A stretch of DNA of 64,000 nucleotides from Bacteroidota bacterium (GCA_022708465.1 JAKIYQ010000002.1:160-64159); one strand, 5' to 3'. Positions 48,521-57,670 are shown, counted from the stretch's first letter. Translations and numbers: made by a program. Notes: a model not told the origin generated them from the sequence alone.

Positions 48521-50362
48521 TTATGCTTTTATTTTCATCAATACATCATCTTCCGATACCATTGCACCTATTGGCAAACTAATTTCTGTGATAACTCCGT
48601 CAAATTCAGCTGCAATAGCATTGAACGTTTTCATTGCTTCGATGTAGCATATTGTTTGACCTTTCTTTACAAAATCACCAACTTTTACTGTGGCGTCTGA
48701 TGTGTTTTTTACTAAATAAAATTTACCTTCCAATGGAGATGTTAAAGCCGTGCCTTCGCCCGGTGCTGCAGAAACTGTAGTTGTTGCAGAAGTTTCTTTT
48801 CCGTTGTTTGCTCCAATTGTTACTGCAAATTTTTCGCCGTTAACATCAACTGTTACAGTTTGTGGTAGTGATAAAGATCCATTGCAATTTTCACGATCAG
48901 CTTTGCGTTTTGCTAAGTCGGCTTCGAAATCTGCTTTAGCTTGACCCGATTTGTATGCACGATATTGTTGTGGATGCATAGCTAATTCGAATAATTCTTC
49001 ATCATCTCGGCCTAATTCCCATTTATTTTCTTCCATTTCCTTGCGGAATGTATTTAATGCATCAGGGAAGTTGCTTTGAGGATCTTCATTATGAAATTCG
49101 CGACCTTGTTCTTTTGCTTTTGCAATTAATTCTTTATCTAATTTACCCGGTAATTGGCCTGCTTTCCCTAACATCATATCCCAAATATCGTCAGCAATCA
49201 TAGACCAACGTTCTTTGCCTTTTTCCATTTGCATTACATTCATCAAAGCCATATTCTTTACATACTGGCTAAATGGAGTAACTAAGCAAGGATAACCCAT
49301 CTTAGGCCATACATAAGATACCTCATTAAATAACTTAATCAAAAGTTGATCTTGTGTAATAGCAGGTTGACCATTTTTGGCCTTGTATTTATTGATAGAT
49401 TCAAGATTGGTTTCCAAATCTGTCATTAAGCTACCCATCATTCCTCCCGGAAGTCCAGGAGCAATAAGTAATGAGCTCATTAATCTGTTTCTGGAAGGAA
49501 TGTAATATCCTAAGAAATCGTCCATCATTTCTTGAATCAACGAACGGGTTTCCATATATGCTTCCATATTGATTTCAGGAACATCAAATCCTGCATCTTT
49601 CAACATGGCTTGGACAGCCAATACATCAGCATGTCCTGTGCCCCATGAAAGTGGTTCCATACCAACATCAACGAAATCGCATCCTGCTTTACATACTTCA
49701 AGGATTGATGCCATGCTAAATCCTGGGCCTGCATGACTATGATATTGAATAGGAATTTCAGGATATTTTTCTTTGATATTTTTTACGATTTTTCCTAAAG
49801 ATACAGGACGACCTATACCTGCCATATCTTTTAAGCAGATTTCGTCAGCACCGGCTTTAATTAATTCAAAAGCCATATTGGTGTAATATTCTACCGTATG
49901 AATAGGAGAGAATGTGATACACAAACTACATTGTGAAATCATACCACCTTCTTTTGCGTATCCAATAGATGGAATAATATTACGAGTATCATTCAATCCG
50001 CAGAATGTACGTGCAATATCGGTACCTTGTGCTTTTTTTACTTTATAAAATAATTTGCGAACGTCTGCAGGTACAGGGCTCATGCGAAGACCATTCAAGC
50101 CGCGGTCTAACAATTGTGTTTGTATACCGGCTTCGTAAAAAGGTTTCGTCCATTCGCGGACAGCTTTGTTTGGATTTTCTCCAAATAGCAGATTTATTTG
50201 CTCAAAACCACCTCCGTTTGTTTCAACACGTGCAAAACATCCCATTTTTACAATGTAAGGAGCTACTTTTAATAATTGATCTACACGTGGTACATATTTA
50301 CCGGCCGACTGCCACATGTCACGAAACATTAGGCAAAATTTTACTTCTTTCTTCTTTGACAT
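48521..50362 (-). CDS. oadA: oxaloacetate decarboxylase alpha subunit (carboxyltransferase plus biotinyl domain)
   Basis: TIM-barrel carboxyltransferase N-terminal part (FRDMWQS, HSHAGPG). C-terminal biotin attachment CYIEAMKTFN. Confidence 0.9.
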   Translation of the reverse strand: MSKKKEVKFCLMFRDMWQSAGKYVPRVDQLLKVAPYIVKMGCFARVETNGGGFEQINLLFGENPNKAVREWTKPFYEAGIQTQLLDRGLNGLRMSPVPADVRKLFYKVKKAQGTDIARTFCGLNDTRNIIPSIGYAKEGGMISQCSLCITFSPIHTVEYYTNMAFELIKAGADEICLKDMAGIGRPVSLGKIVKNIKEKYPEIPIQYHSHAGPGFSMASILEVCKAGCDFVDVGMEPLSWGTGHADVLAVQAMLKDAGFDVPEINMEAYMETRSLIQEMMDDFLGYYIPSRNRLMSSLLIAPGLPGGMMGSLMTDLETNLESINKYKAKNGQPAITQDQLLIKLFNEVSYVWPKMGYPCLVTPFSQYVKNMALMNVMQMEKGKERWSMIADDIWDMMLGKAGQLPGKLDKELIAKAKEQGREFHNEDPQSNFPDALNTFRKEMEENKWELGRDDEELFELAMHPQQYRAYKSGQAKADFEADLAKRKADRENCNGSLSLPQTVTVDVNGEKFAVTIGANNGKETSATTTVSAAPGEGTALTSPLEGKFYLVKNTSDATVKVGDFVKKGQTICYIEAMKTFNAIAAEFDGVITEISLPIGAMVSEDDVLMKIKA

Positions 50363-50377
50363 AGTTATTTGGTTTTA

Positions 50378-50629
50378 TTATATTTTTTCGATTTTTTCAA
50401 CCATCCCTTTATTATTGGTGATGATTTGAACAGCTGCAGATATTGCTTGAGCTGTTTTAGGGCTTACTGATGCCATTTGTTTGTTATCAACAGCTGACTT
50501 TTCGTTTTCAGGGAAGAAATGATTTATCAAACGAATAAGACCTTCGCCTAAGTATATGATAATTAGTAGGGCTACAAATACTGTTCCCATACCAACAACT
50601 AAAAGCACTATTGGAGATTGAATATCCAT
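50378..50629 (-). CDS. oadG: OadG-family small membrane subunit
   Basis: 83 aa with a single N-terminal TM segment, located first in the oadGAB order. Confidence 0.65.
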   Translation of the reverse strand: MDIQSPIVLLVVGMGTVFVALLIIIYLGEGLIRLINHFFPENEKSAVDNKQMASVSPKTAQAISAAVQIITNNKGMVEKIEKI

Positions 50630-50678
50630 ATTTGAATCAAATTTTAAGTAAAATGAATGTTGAAATTAAAAATTGACG

Positions 50679-50686
50679 CAAAGATA
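50679..50686 (-). promoter_or_regulatory. -7 promoter box TATCTTTG (oadGAB)
   Basis: Minus-strand match, 50 nt upstream of the oadG ATG. Confidence 0.45.
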
Positions 50687-50692
50687 TGACTT

Positions 50693-50705
50693 TTATTTGA
50701 ATTTT
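50693..50705 (+). repeat. 13-mer TTATTTGAATTTT (left arm of inverted pair)
   Basis: Same 13-mer as the core of the 24-nt repeat. Inverted partner at 50736..50748. Confidence 0.85.
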
Positions 50706-50735
50706 AAAGTTTTGATGGGCTTTTTATTTAGAGTA

Positions 50736-50748
50736 AAAATTCAAATAA
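50736..50748 (-). repeat. 13-mer TTATTTGAATTTT (right arm, minus strand)
   Basis: Plus strand reads AAAATTCAAATAA; 30-nt spacer from the left arm. Confidence 0.85.
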
Positions 50749-50859
50749 ATACTTATAAAACATGTTCTGGATAAATTTGTAATTTGTTTTTTTGTACTTG
50801 TTTTTTGCGTGATTTAGTACATATTTGCTTGTAATTGTTACTTTTAAGAGCTAAATCAT

Positions 50860-50867
50860 TAACTTTG
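50860..50867 (+). promoter_or_regulatory. -7 promoter box TAACTTTG (cstA)
   Basis: Matches TAnnTTTG, 23 nt upstream of ATG 50890. Confidence 0.5.
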
Positions 50868-50889
50868 CGGTTTAAAATTCTATAAAAGT

Positions 50890-52311
50890 ATGATTACATT
50901 TAGTATTGCTTTATTACTGCTTATTGTAGGATATTTTGCTTATGGTGCTTTAATTGAGCGATTATTTGCTCCTGACGCTTCGAAAATTACACCGACAATA
51001 TTAAAGGCAGATGGAGTTGATTATGTACCCATGTCGGGCTGGCGTATGTTCATGATACAATTTTTGAATATCGCAGGCTTGGGACCTATTTTTGGTGCAA
51101 TTATGGGTGCTAAGTTCGGTATGTCTTCATATCTATGGATAGTCTTGGGTACTATATTTGGTGGAGCTGTGCATGATTATTTGGCAGGTATGATATCGCT
51201 ACGCAATGATGGATGCAATTTACCTGAAATACACGGGAAATACTTAGGTAATAAAATGAAACAATTTTCCCGATTTTTTGCTGTTTTGCTAATGATATTG
51301 GTCGGTGCAGTATTTGTTGCAGGACCTGCCGAATTACTAGGCAGTTTGACTCCATCATTCTTTGATACAACATTTTGGATTATTGTCATTTTCTTATACT
51401 ATTTTTTAGCTACCATGCTACCGATTGATAAAATAATAGGTAAGATATATCCATTATTTGCATTTGCGTTGCTATTTATGGCAGCTGGAATACTTGTTAT
51501 GCTATACGTTAAATTTCCAGCATTGCCTGAAATAACAGATGGTTTGGCAAACACACATCCGGGCGGAGAAAGTATGCCAATATTTCCAATGATGTTTATC
51601 AGTATAGCTTGTGGCGCAATATCAGGATTTCACGCAACACAATCTCCATTGATGGCACGTTGTATGACAAATGAAAAACAAGGACGAAGAATCTTTTTTG
51701 GAGCTATGATTGCAGAAGGTATTATAGCTTTAATATGGGCAACAGCAGCCACTTATTTCTTTCAGAAAAATGGTATGGGAATATCAAATGCTGCAGAAAT
51801 TGTAAATAACATTACAAAAGATTGGCTAGGCACTTTTGGTGGTTTGCTAGCTATATTAGGAGTTATTGCAGCTCCTATTACCTCTGGTGATACAGCATTG
51901 AGATCAGCTCGTTTGATGATTTCTGACATGTTTAATTTTAATCAGAAACCTATTAAAAACCGTTTGTTGATAAGTGCGCCTTTGTTTTTAGTTACAGTTG
52001 GGATTCTGCTATATAGTTTGCGCGACAAAGAAGGCTTTAATATAATTTGGAGATATTTTGCATGGGCAAATCAAACATTAGCTGTAATGACATTATGGAC
52101 GATCACAGTATATTTACTAAAAGAGAAGAAATGTTATTGGGTAACATTGCTACCGGCATTATTTATGACATCAGTTGTTGTAACATACATATTAGTAGCA
52201 CCTGAAGGATTTGGATTATCATATTATTTGAGTTTGTCAATAGCCTTATCAGTAGTATTATTGTTACTAGGATTGTTCTTCTATAAGAAAATAAAAAACA
52301 AAGTCGACTAA
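50890..52311 (+). CDS. cstA: carbon starvation protein A (peptide/pyruvate transporter family)
   Basis: 473 aa polytopic protein with CstA-like N-terminus and ISGFH..QSP motif. Confidence 0.88.
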   Translation: MITFSIALLLLIVGYFAYGALIERLFAPDASKITPTILKADGVDYVPMSGWRMFMIQFLNIAGLGPIFGAIMGAKFGMSSYLWIVLGTIFGGAVHDYLAGMISLRNDGCNLPEIHGKYLGNKMKQFSRFFAVLLMILVGAVFVAGPAELLGSLTPSFFDTTFWIIVIFLYYFLATMLPIDKIIGKIYPLFAFALLFMAAGILVMLYVKFPALPEITDGLANTHPGGESMPIFPMMFISIACGAISGFHATQSPLMARCMTNEKQGRRIFFGAMIAEGIIALIWATAATYFFQKNGMGISNAAEIVNNITKDWLGTFGGLLAILGVIAAPITSGDTALRSARLMISDMFNFNQKPIKNRLLISAPLFLVTVGILLYSLRDKEGFNIIWRYFAWANQTLAVMTLWTITVYLLKEKKCYWVTLLPALFMTSVVVTYILVAPEGFGLSYYLSLSIALSVVLLLLGLFFYKKIKNKVD

Positions 52312-52326
52312 AGTAAATATATTAAC

Positions 52327-53700
52327 ATGAAAGATTTATTTTATAAACGTTCGCATGCAGCAAGTATTATTGATGATAAAGATATTGATGCTGCATTTGT
52401 GTTCTGTGATAAGTATAAACAGTTTTTGGATTGCGCAAAAACAGAACGAGAAGCAGCAACTGAAATAGAAAAGCAATTAAAAGCAAAAAAATTTAAATCA
52501 TATAAATATGGTGATAAGATTGTTGCAGGCGATATGATTTTTATGAATAATAGAGCAAAATCAATCATTGCGGCAAAAATAGGAAAAGATTCTATTGATA
52601 CAGGGGTTAATATATTAGTTGCACATATAGATTCGCCTCGCATAGATTTAAAACAAAATCCTTTATACCAAAACTCTGAAATAGCATTGTTTAAGACTCA
52701 TTATTACGGAGGTATTAAAAAATATCAGTGGACAACTATAGCTCTTGCTTTACATGGGGTTATTATCAAGTCAGATGGTACTAAAATTCAAGTTAATATA
52801 GGTGAGGATGAACATGACCCTGTTTTTTGTATAAGTGATCTATTGCCTCATTTAGCTCAAGAACAAATGAAGCGTGATGCTTCAGAAATTATTAAGGGTG
52901 AGGAGCTAAATGTGATGGTAGGTTCTCTTCCCTTTAAAAATACCAAAAATGCAGAAAAAGTAAAAGCAAATATTTTATCTATATTACATGACAAGTATGG
53001 TATTGTAGAAAAAGATTTCTTGTCAGCTGAATTGGAACTTGTTCCTCAAAATAAAGCAAAAGATGTTGGTTTTGATCGCAGTATGATTGGTGCGTATGGA
53101 CAAGATGACAGAGTTTGTGCATATACTGTGCTTCAAGCATTTCTAGATACCGAAACCCCACAGAAAACCACAATAGCAGTGTTTGCCGATAAAGAAGAAA
53201 TAGGCAGTATGGGAAATACAGGAATGCAATCATCTATTCTACGTTATTTTATTGCTGACATTGCAGAAGCTTTTGGCAGTTCGGAGCGAGTTGTACTGTC
53301 AAATTCAAATTGTTTATCGGCAGATGTAAACGCAGCTTTTGATCCGACATTCCCAAATGTATCAGAAATTAATAATGCATCATTACTCAATTATGGCGTA
53401 GTTGTTACTAAATATAACGGAAGTAAAGGGAAGGCGGGCTCTTCTGATGCCAATGCAGAATATATTTCGCAAATACATGCAATGCTTGACAAAAATAAAT
53501 TAGTTTGGCAAACAGGGGAATTAGGATTGGTAGATATGGGAGGTGGTGGTACTGTAGCAGCTTATATAGCTAATTTGGGCCCTCAAGTTGTAGATGTCGG
53601 AGTTCCTGTAATAAGTATGCATTCTCCATTTGAAATTACAGCAAAACTCGATGTTTATATGGCTTATAAAGCATTTTGCGCATTTTGCAAAAACAGATAA
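52327..53700 (+). CDS. M18-family aminopeptidase
   Basis: VAHIDSPRIDLK, DDRVCAY, DKEEIGS and SMHSPFE motifs match M18 metal ligand positions. Confidence 0.85.
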   Translation: MKDLFYKRSHAASIIDDKDIDAAFVFCDKYKQFLDCAKTEREAATEIEKQLKAKKFKSYKYGDKIVAGDMIFMNNRAKSIIAAKIGKDSIDTGVNILVAHIDSPRIDLKQNPLYQNSEIALFKTHYYGGIKKYQWTTIALALHGVIIKSDGTKIQVNIGEDEHDPVFCISDLLPHLAQEQMKRDASEIIKGEELNVMVGSLPFKNTKNAEKVKANILSILHDKYGIVEKDFLSAELELVPQNKAKDVGFDRSMIGAYGQDDRVCAYTVLQAFLDTETPQKTTIAVFADKEEIGSMGNTGMQSSILRYFIADIAEAFGSSERVVLSNSNCLSADVNAAFDPTFPNVSEINNASLLNYGVVVTKYNGSKGKAGSSDANAEYISQIHAMLDKNKLVWQTGELGLVDMGGGGTVAAYIANLGPQVVDVGVPVISMHSPFEITAKLDVYMAYKAFCAFCKNR

Positions 53701-53708
53701 ATTTAATT

Positions 53709-54404
53709 ATGAAATATAATAAGATAGGCATCATCGTTGCCATGACAAAAGAATATGAACTTGTAAAATCAACCTTACAAAATACCACTGAAAAAGAGGT
53801 ACACAAGTTTAAATTTTGTACAGGATTACTTGGCGAAAAGAAAATTATTTTGATGAAAAGTGGTATAGGAAAAGTTAATGCTGCAGTTGCATCCATCGAA
53901 ATGATTGAGATATACTCTCCTGATTGTATAATAAATACCGGAGTTGCCGGAGGTATAGATAGAAATGTGAATGTGGCTGACATTGTGATAGGAGAACAAA
54001 CTACGTATCATGATTATTATGCAGGTGATGTAGCCGATCATATTAAAGAATTAGGTTTTCCTGAGATTATCCCGGCAGATTCCTCTATGCTAAATAGTTT
54101 GCATACATTAGCAGCAAAAAATAATGGCATTAAGTTCGGCTTAATATGCACAGGTGATCAATTTATAACCAATAATGTAGTTTTAGAGCAAATTAAAGCA
54201 AAACATCCTTCCGGTTTGGCAGTTGATATGGAATCTAATAGTATTGCCCATGTGTGTTTTTTGCGTGATGTTCCTTTCTTGAGTTTTAGAATTATAAGTG
54301 ATACTCCATGGGTTGATAATCATAATGAGCAATATTTGAATTTTTGGGAGAGTGCTCCACAAAAGAATTTTTCATTACTTTCAGGATTAATAAAAAATAT
54401 TTGA
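53709..54404 (+). CDS. mtnN: 5'-methylthioadenosine/S-adenosylhomocysteine nucleosidase
   Basis: IGIIVAMTKE, SGIGKVNAA and VDMES motifs. Start trimmed from 53676. Confidence 0.9.
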   Translation: MKYNKIGIIVAMTKEYELVKSTLQNTTEKEVHKFKFCTGLLGEKKIILMKSGIGKVNAAVASIEMIEIYSPDCIINTGVAGGIDRNVNVADIVIGEQTTYHDYYAGDVADHIKELGFPEIIPADSSMLNSLHTLAAKNNGIKFGLICTGDQFITNNVVLEQIKAKHPSGLAVDMESNSIAHVCFLRDVPFLSFRIISDTPWVDNHNEQYLNFWESAPQKNFSLLSGLIKNI

Positions 54405-54407
54405 TAG

Positions 54408-55109
54408 ATGCATTTATTTTACGCTCCCGACATAGAAAAGACGATGTGTTTGCCTGAGGATGAATCAAATCATGCTGTGAAGGTTTTACGCTTGAATGCC
54501 GGCGATGATATTGTCATACTTAATGGACAAGGCACTATGTACAATGCAACTATAGCAGTTGCTCATCCAAAGCATTGTGTTGTCAATTCATTAACACCTA
54601 ATAAAGTAAAATCTCCACGCGATTATTATCTGCATATAGCCATTGCTCCAACTAAAAATATGGATAGACTTGAATGGTTTGTAGAAAAAGCAGCAGAAAT
54701 AGGCATAGATGAAATTTCTCCCGTATTTTGTAGGTTTTCAGAGCGGAAAGTTCTTAATAACAGTCGTTTGGAAAAGATCCTTGTTTCGGCAATGAAACAG
54801 TCAATGCAACCATTTATTGCTAAATTAAATGAACCGCGTCAGTTGTCGGATTTGCTTAAAACGGCAGAAGCGGATCAAAAGTTTATAGCGCATTGCCACG
54901 AAGCTGATAAACGCTTGCTTTCAAAAAGTGTAGATAAAGCTAAATCGATATTGATATTAATAGGTCCGGAAGGCGATTTTAGTGACGAAGAAGTTGCTAC
55001 TGCATTATCTATAGGATATAATGCTGTATCGCTTGGTGAGAATAGATTAAGGGTAGAAACAGCTGCATTAGTAGCATGCCATACAGTTCGCTTAATTAAT
55101 GAGTTATAG
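54408..55109 (+). CDS. rsmE: 16S rRNA (uracil1498-N3)-methyltransferase
   Basis: MHLFYAP start, PUA-like N-terminus and C-terminal SPOUT knot IGPEGDFS...LGENRLRVETA. Confidence 0.88.
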   Translation: MHLFYAPDIEKTMCLPEDESNHAVKVLRLNAGDDIVILNGQGTMYNATIAVAHPKHCVVNSLTPNKVKSPRDYYLHIAIAPTKNMDRLEWFVEKAAEIGIDEISPVFCRFSERKVLNNSRLEKILVSAMKQSMQPFIAKLNEPRQLSDLLKTAEADQKFIAHCHEADKRLLSKSVDKAKSILILIGPEGDFSDEEVATALSIGYNAVSLGENRLRVETAALVACHTVRLINEL

Positions 55110-55115
55110 ACTTAA

Positions 55116-55705
55116 TCAAATGAAGTCTAATTTCAGATCCTTAAATAATTTTCTTAATTCATGATTTTTTTCAGCCATGTAGCGTGCTTTCTCTTTTGAT
55201 GAGGTTGGCAATACTGATTGTTGCTCCATTAGCTCGGTGCTAATTGCAATAGTATCATTATCAAGCGCATCCGCAAGGTATTTGTGTAGAGTAGGTATTA
55301 ATTTTTTAACCTCCGAGTCGACAATGCTATTAGGAACCTTTATTGTTATATTTTTTTCTTCATCAACCAACGGGATTTGCTTAAACAGATAGTGTAACTT
55401 TGGTTGTTCCGATATCTTGTTCGGAAAAGAATACCATGCTGCAATAAGTTCGTCAGTAGTAAATTCTTTTAAACGTATTTCTTCTATTTTCTTTTGTTCC
55501 GGCTTATTTTTACTCTCTTGTCTGTTGAGTAAACCACGTAACGACATTATAGGAGCAACTTTAATATCTGATGCAGATGGTGCTGCCTCATTCGTCTTGT
55601 TGATTTGTGGACTGATATTTGATGCAACAGACGTAGCTTTGGTGAATTCGGAAGGGAAGAAAGGAAGTAACGGATTTTTCTTTCTTAGTCGCCTAATTTT
55701 TTTTT
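55116..55705 (-). CDS. dnaX: DNA polymerase III tau-specific C-terminal region, in the +1 frame relative to upstream dnaX
   Basis: Hand translation of the +1 frame from the A10 run is stop-free: KKKIRRLRKKNPLLPFFPSEFTKATSVASNISPQINKTNEAAPSASDIKVAPIMSLRG.... It joins ORF 55116..55547 (EFTTDELIAAWYSF...KDLKLDFI). Confidence 0.7.
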
Positions 55706-56799
55706 TGCCCCGATAGTTGGCACAATCGGATTAACATTAGTTCAACAGCTAAACGCTTATTTTTGCTCTGCTTATAAGAAATATCACAATCATTACAAAC
55801 TTCTAAGGCATCATACAAAAAATCGACCGAACATCTTGAAGCTTGTTCTATGTATTTGTCTCTGATGCTGGAACCGACTTCTAGAAGATCTGCCGTACTT
55901 TTGTCTTTGCAAACTAAAGTATCACGCAAATGTTCTGACAAACCGGTAACATAATTATGTGCATCAAATCCTCTGTTTAAAATTTCGTTGAAAAGTAATA
56001 AGGCAGCAGGAACATTGTTTGTTAAGAATAAATCAATCGAACGGAAATAATAATCGTAATCAAGTATGTTTAGATTCTCAATTACACTATGATAGTCGAC
56101 TTTTGAGCCGCAGAAACTTACAACTTGGTCGAATGTAGAAAGTGCATCTCTCATACCTCCATCAGATTTCAAGGCTATAACATTTAAAGCTTCGTCATCT
56201 ATTTCAACTCCTTCTTTGGATGCGATGTCTTTTAAATGCGCAACTGTATCCTTTACACTGATGCGATTAAAATCATAAATCTGACAACGAGATAATATAG
56301 TAGCAATTACCTTGTGCTTTTCGGTAGTTGCTAAGATGAAAATAGCGTATGATGGCGGTTCTTCCAAGGTCTTCAAAAAGGCATTAAAAGCAGATGATGT
56401 AAGCATGTGAACCTCATCAATAATGTATACGCTGTATTTACCTATTTGTGGCGGGATTCTAACCTGATCTGTCAAATTTCTTATATCGTCAACACTATTG
56501 TTTGATGCGGCATCTAACTCGTGAATATTGAAAGATCTGCCATCAGCAAATGCTTTGCAAGATTCGCATTCACCACAAGCTTCTCCGTCTTTTGTAGGAT
56601 TAAAACAATTAATGGTTTTTGCGAAAATGCGTGCAGTAGTAGTCTTTCCAACTCCTCTCGAACCGCAAAATAAGTATGCATGAGCTAATTGTCCGCTTTT
56701 AATTGCATTCTTTAATGTAGTGACGAGTGGCGATTGGCCAACAACAGTGTCAAATGTTATAGGTCTGTATTTTCGTGCCGATACCAAGTAATTATTCAT
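55693..56799 (-). CDS. dnaX: DNA polymerase III subunit gamma/tau, domains I-III (368-aa 0-frame product)
   Basis: MNNYLVSARKYRP start, Walker A GSRGVGKTT, zinc module CGECESC, IIDEVHMLT (Walker B) and SRC motif (LSRCQ). ORF-track start 56904 trimmed to ATG 56799. Confidence 0.92.
   Translation of the reverse strand: MNNYLVSARKYRPITFDTVVGQSPLVTTLKNAIKSGQLAHAYLFCGSRGVGKTTTARIFAKTINCFNPTKDGEACGECESCKAFADGRSFNIHELDAASNNSVDDIRNLTDQVRIPPQIGKYSVYIIDEVHMLTSSAFNAFLKTLEEPPSYAIFILATTEKHKVIATILSRCQIYDFNRISVKDTVAHLKDIASKEGVEIDDEALNVIALKSDGGMRDALSTFDQVVSFCGSKVDYHSVIENLNILDYDYYFRSIDLFLTNNVPAALLLFNEILNRGFDAHNYVTGLSEHLRDTLVCKDKSTADLLEVGSSIRDKYIEQASRCSVDFLYDALEVCNDCDISYKQSKNKRLAVELMLIRLCQLSGQKKN
55697..55706 (-). 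other. A10 homopolymer (slippery/recoding or error-prone site) at the end of the dnaX 0 frame
   Basis: Minus strand reads CAA AAA AAA AAT TAG. The 0 frame stops at 55695-55693. The -1 frame reads KLGD-stop. The +1 frame is open for 193 codons. Confidence 0.9.
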
Positions 56800-56818
56800 T
56801 TTTCTTTTTTTACAATGG

Positions 56819-56826
56819 CAAAGATA
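56819..56826 (-). promoter_or_regulatory. -7 promoter box TATCTTTG (dnaX)
   Basis: Minus-strand match, 20 nt upstream of ATG 56799. Confidence 0.5.
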
Positions 56827-56847
56827 ATAAATTAAAAACAAATTCTG

Positions 56848-56855
56848 TACCTTTG
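56848..56855 (+). promoter_or_regulatory. -7 promoter box TACCTTTG (ftsB-like gene)
   Basis: Matches TAnnTTTG only 5 nt upstream of ATG 56861, implying a leaderless mRNA. Confidence 0.5.
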
Positions 56856-56860
56856 CAGAA

Positions 56861-57169
56861 ATGAAAAAAAGTTTACAAACGATATTAAAAATTGTTTTCA
56901 ACAAATACTTGATTGTATTAGTTTTGTTTGCCGTAATTATGGTAACAAGTGAAGATCATAATCTGCTCCATCGTTATAAAAATAAGAAAACAATTGAATC
57001 GCTTGAGAAACAAATATCTTACTACAAAAACGAGACTGCTAAAAACAAAGAGAAATTGGATGAACTTCGTTCGGATAGCAGTAATCTTGAAAAATATGCA
57101 AGAGAGCGATATCAAATGAAGAAAGTTGATGAAGATGTATATGTAATAATACAAGAAAATGAAAAATAA
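56861..57169 (+). CDS. septum formation initiator family protein (FtsB/DivIC-like)
   Basis: 102 aa with an N-terminal TM segment then a coiled coil (LEKQISYYKNETAKNKEKLDELRSD) and ...YARERYQMKK. Confidence 0.7.
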   Translation: MKKSLQTILKIVFNKYLIVLVLFAVIMVTSEDHNLLHRYKNKKTIESLEKQISYYKNETAKNKEKLDELRSDSSNLEKYARERYQMKKVDEDVYVIIQENEK

Positions 57170-57488
57170 ACGTTTATACGATATATTATTTGCGCTGGCT
57201 GCGTTTTTTATTTTAACGGGTGCAGTAATTAATTTATATTATCCGCAGTATGCTCCATACATATTTTCGGTTGGTGTTGCCTTGTTAATTATAGTGCGTA
57301 TTAATACTATGTATAAAGGCAAAGATTTCCGTCTTAAACGCTTGCAAAACATGCAAATTATTGCCACACTATTATATATACCTGTGGCTTATTTTATGTT
57401 TGTTCAAAGTAAAGTGTGGGTAGCAATACTTACTGCTGCGGCTGTTATGGAACTTGTTACGTCTTTCAGAGCTCCTTCTAAAAAATAA
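57159..57488 (+). CDS. hypothetical small membrane protein
   Basis: 109 aa with 3-4 predicted TM segments; overlaps the ftsB-like gene by 11 nt. Confidence 0.4.
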   Translation: MKNKRLYDILFALAAFFILTGAVINLYYPQYAPYIFSVGVALLIIVRINTMYKGKDFRLKRLQNMQIIATLLYIPVAYFMFVQSKVWVAILTAAAVMELVTSFRAPSKK

Positions 57489-57670
57489 CATCATGATTGT
57501 TAATGCTTATTGTCAAAAGTCATACACATTGATGCTTAATTTCTTGACAACCGTAAATAATGAATCATTAGAATAGGCATCGTTGCTTGTTAAATTGAAA
57601 CTATTTAAGGTACATATTATTAATTTGTAGTTTTTTATTGAATAAATGTTTCATATTTAAAAATAATCCT

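Noticed and set aside
55417-55716. 99-aa plus-strand ORF spanning the gap between the two dnaX pieces
   Set aside because: It is antisense to a region that is open in the dnaX +1 frame and encodes a plausible tau linker. It is low-complexity, with no promoter box or conserved motif.
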